Made by a program: the position numbers and the translations under genes. Shown here piece after piece: positions 63,400 through 63,996 of a stretch of DNA of 63,996 bases. Source of the stretch: Octopus bimaculoides (Eukaryota); contig NC_069000.1 of assembly GCF_001194135.2 (NCBI RefSeq), positions 39,271,724-39,335,719 of the forward strand, written 5' to 3'. The notes beneath the pieces were generated by a model. That model saw only the letters and a program-made list of their open reading frames with translations. It did no database searches and was not told the DNA's origin. The number at the start of each line of letters is the position of its first letter. Positions within the stretch are counted from its first letter, which is position 1.

Positions 63400-63578
63400 A
63401 AAATGTCATTAGGAGGTGTACTATTTCGACTCCAGTGCTCAACTGGTAGTTATTTTATCGATCCTGAAATGATGAAAAAGCAAATTGCTCTTGACGCAAT
63501 TTGAACTCAGAAAATGACGAACGAAATATCGCTAAGCATTTTGCTTGGCGTGGTAACGATTCTTTTGGCTCACCGCCA
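63400..63578 (-). mobile_element. SINE family B (diverged)
   Basis: CTGGTAGTTATTTTATCGATCCTGAAATGATGAAA...TTTGAACTCAG...CGCTAAGCATTTTGCTTGGCGTG. Confidence 0.8.
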
Positions 63579-63996
63579 ACCTAGGGACCTCCATATTGCT
63601 GAAGACATTTAATAAAAAGAAAAGAAAGTATATAGCAGATCCCTCTTCAAAGCAAGATTTTTGCTTTTTAAGTACATAAATAAAATTGAAAAATAATTAC
63701 CTACAAATCTGACGCGATTTGGCATGTTTTCCAATAACTGTAGAATTGTATGCATGCTCGCCTCATTGTGCATATTACGTTTCTACTTAATGATATACAT
63801 AAAGAATCTATTGCACACCATTAGTTATGTGGCTTAAAAAGAGCACTCTACAGCTTGCTTGCAAGAAGGGAGTCCGCTATATGATTTTGTAAAATTTTGT
63901 CAGCAATACAATAGTCCTTCGGTAGGCGGTGAGATGGAAGATTCGTTCCCACACCGGATAAAATACTTATCGACATAATTGTTTGTCTGTCCTGTA

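Overview
This is AT-rich, repeat-dense animal genomic DNA from a draft assembly, with about 17 N-gaps (~5.6 kb by my count) mostly flanked by microsatellites. The tRNA-headed SINE families resemble those I recall from octopus genomes, so a cephalopod (probably Octopus) origin is inferred, not proven. I cannot support any intact host protein-coding gene, rRNA, functional tRNA or CRISPR array, and nearly all listed ORFs are microsatellite or N-gap artefacts. The window is a mobile-element graveyard: three mariner remnants, two copies of one piggyBac family, three R4/Dong-type (RLE) non-LTR remnants ending at (AAT)n, two 155-165 bp solo LTRs with 5-bp TSDs, a hAT-type MITE, Penelope-like traces, and many copies of three SINE families. 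The least expected signal is a set of minimal hammerhead-ribozyme folds. The best one is at 16814-16858; others are at 5695-5790, 31862-31934, 52618-52663 and 61015-61044. One of them heads a unit that pairs the hammerhead with a tRNA-Thr-like Pol III cassette between 296-bp-spaced direct repeats (31862-32300). All alignments and folds were done by eye.
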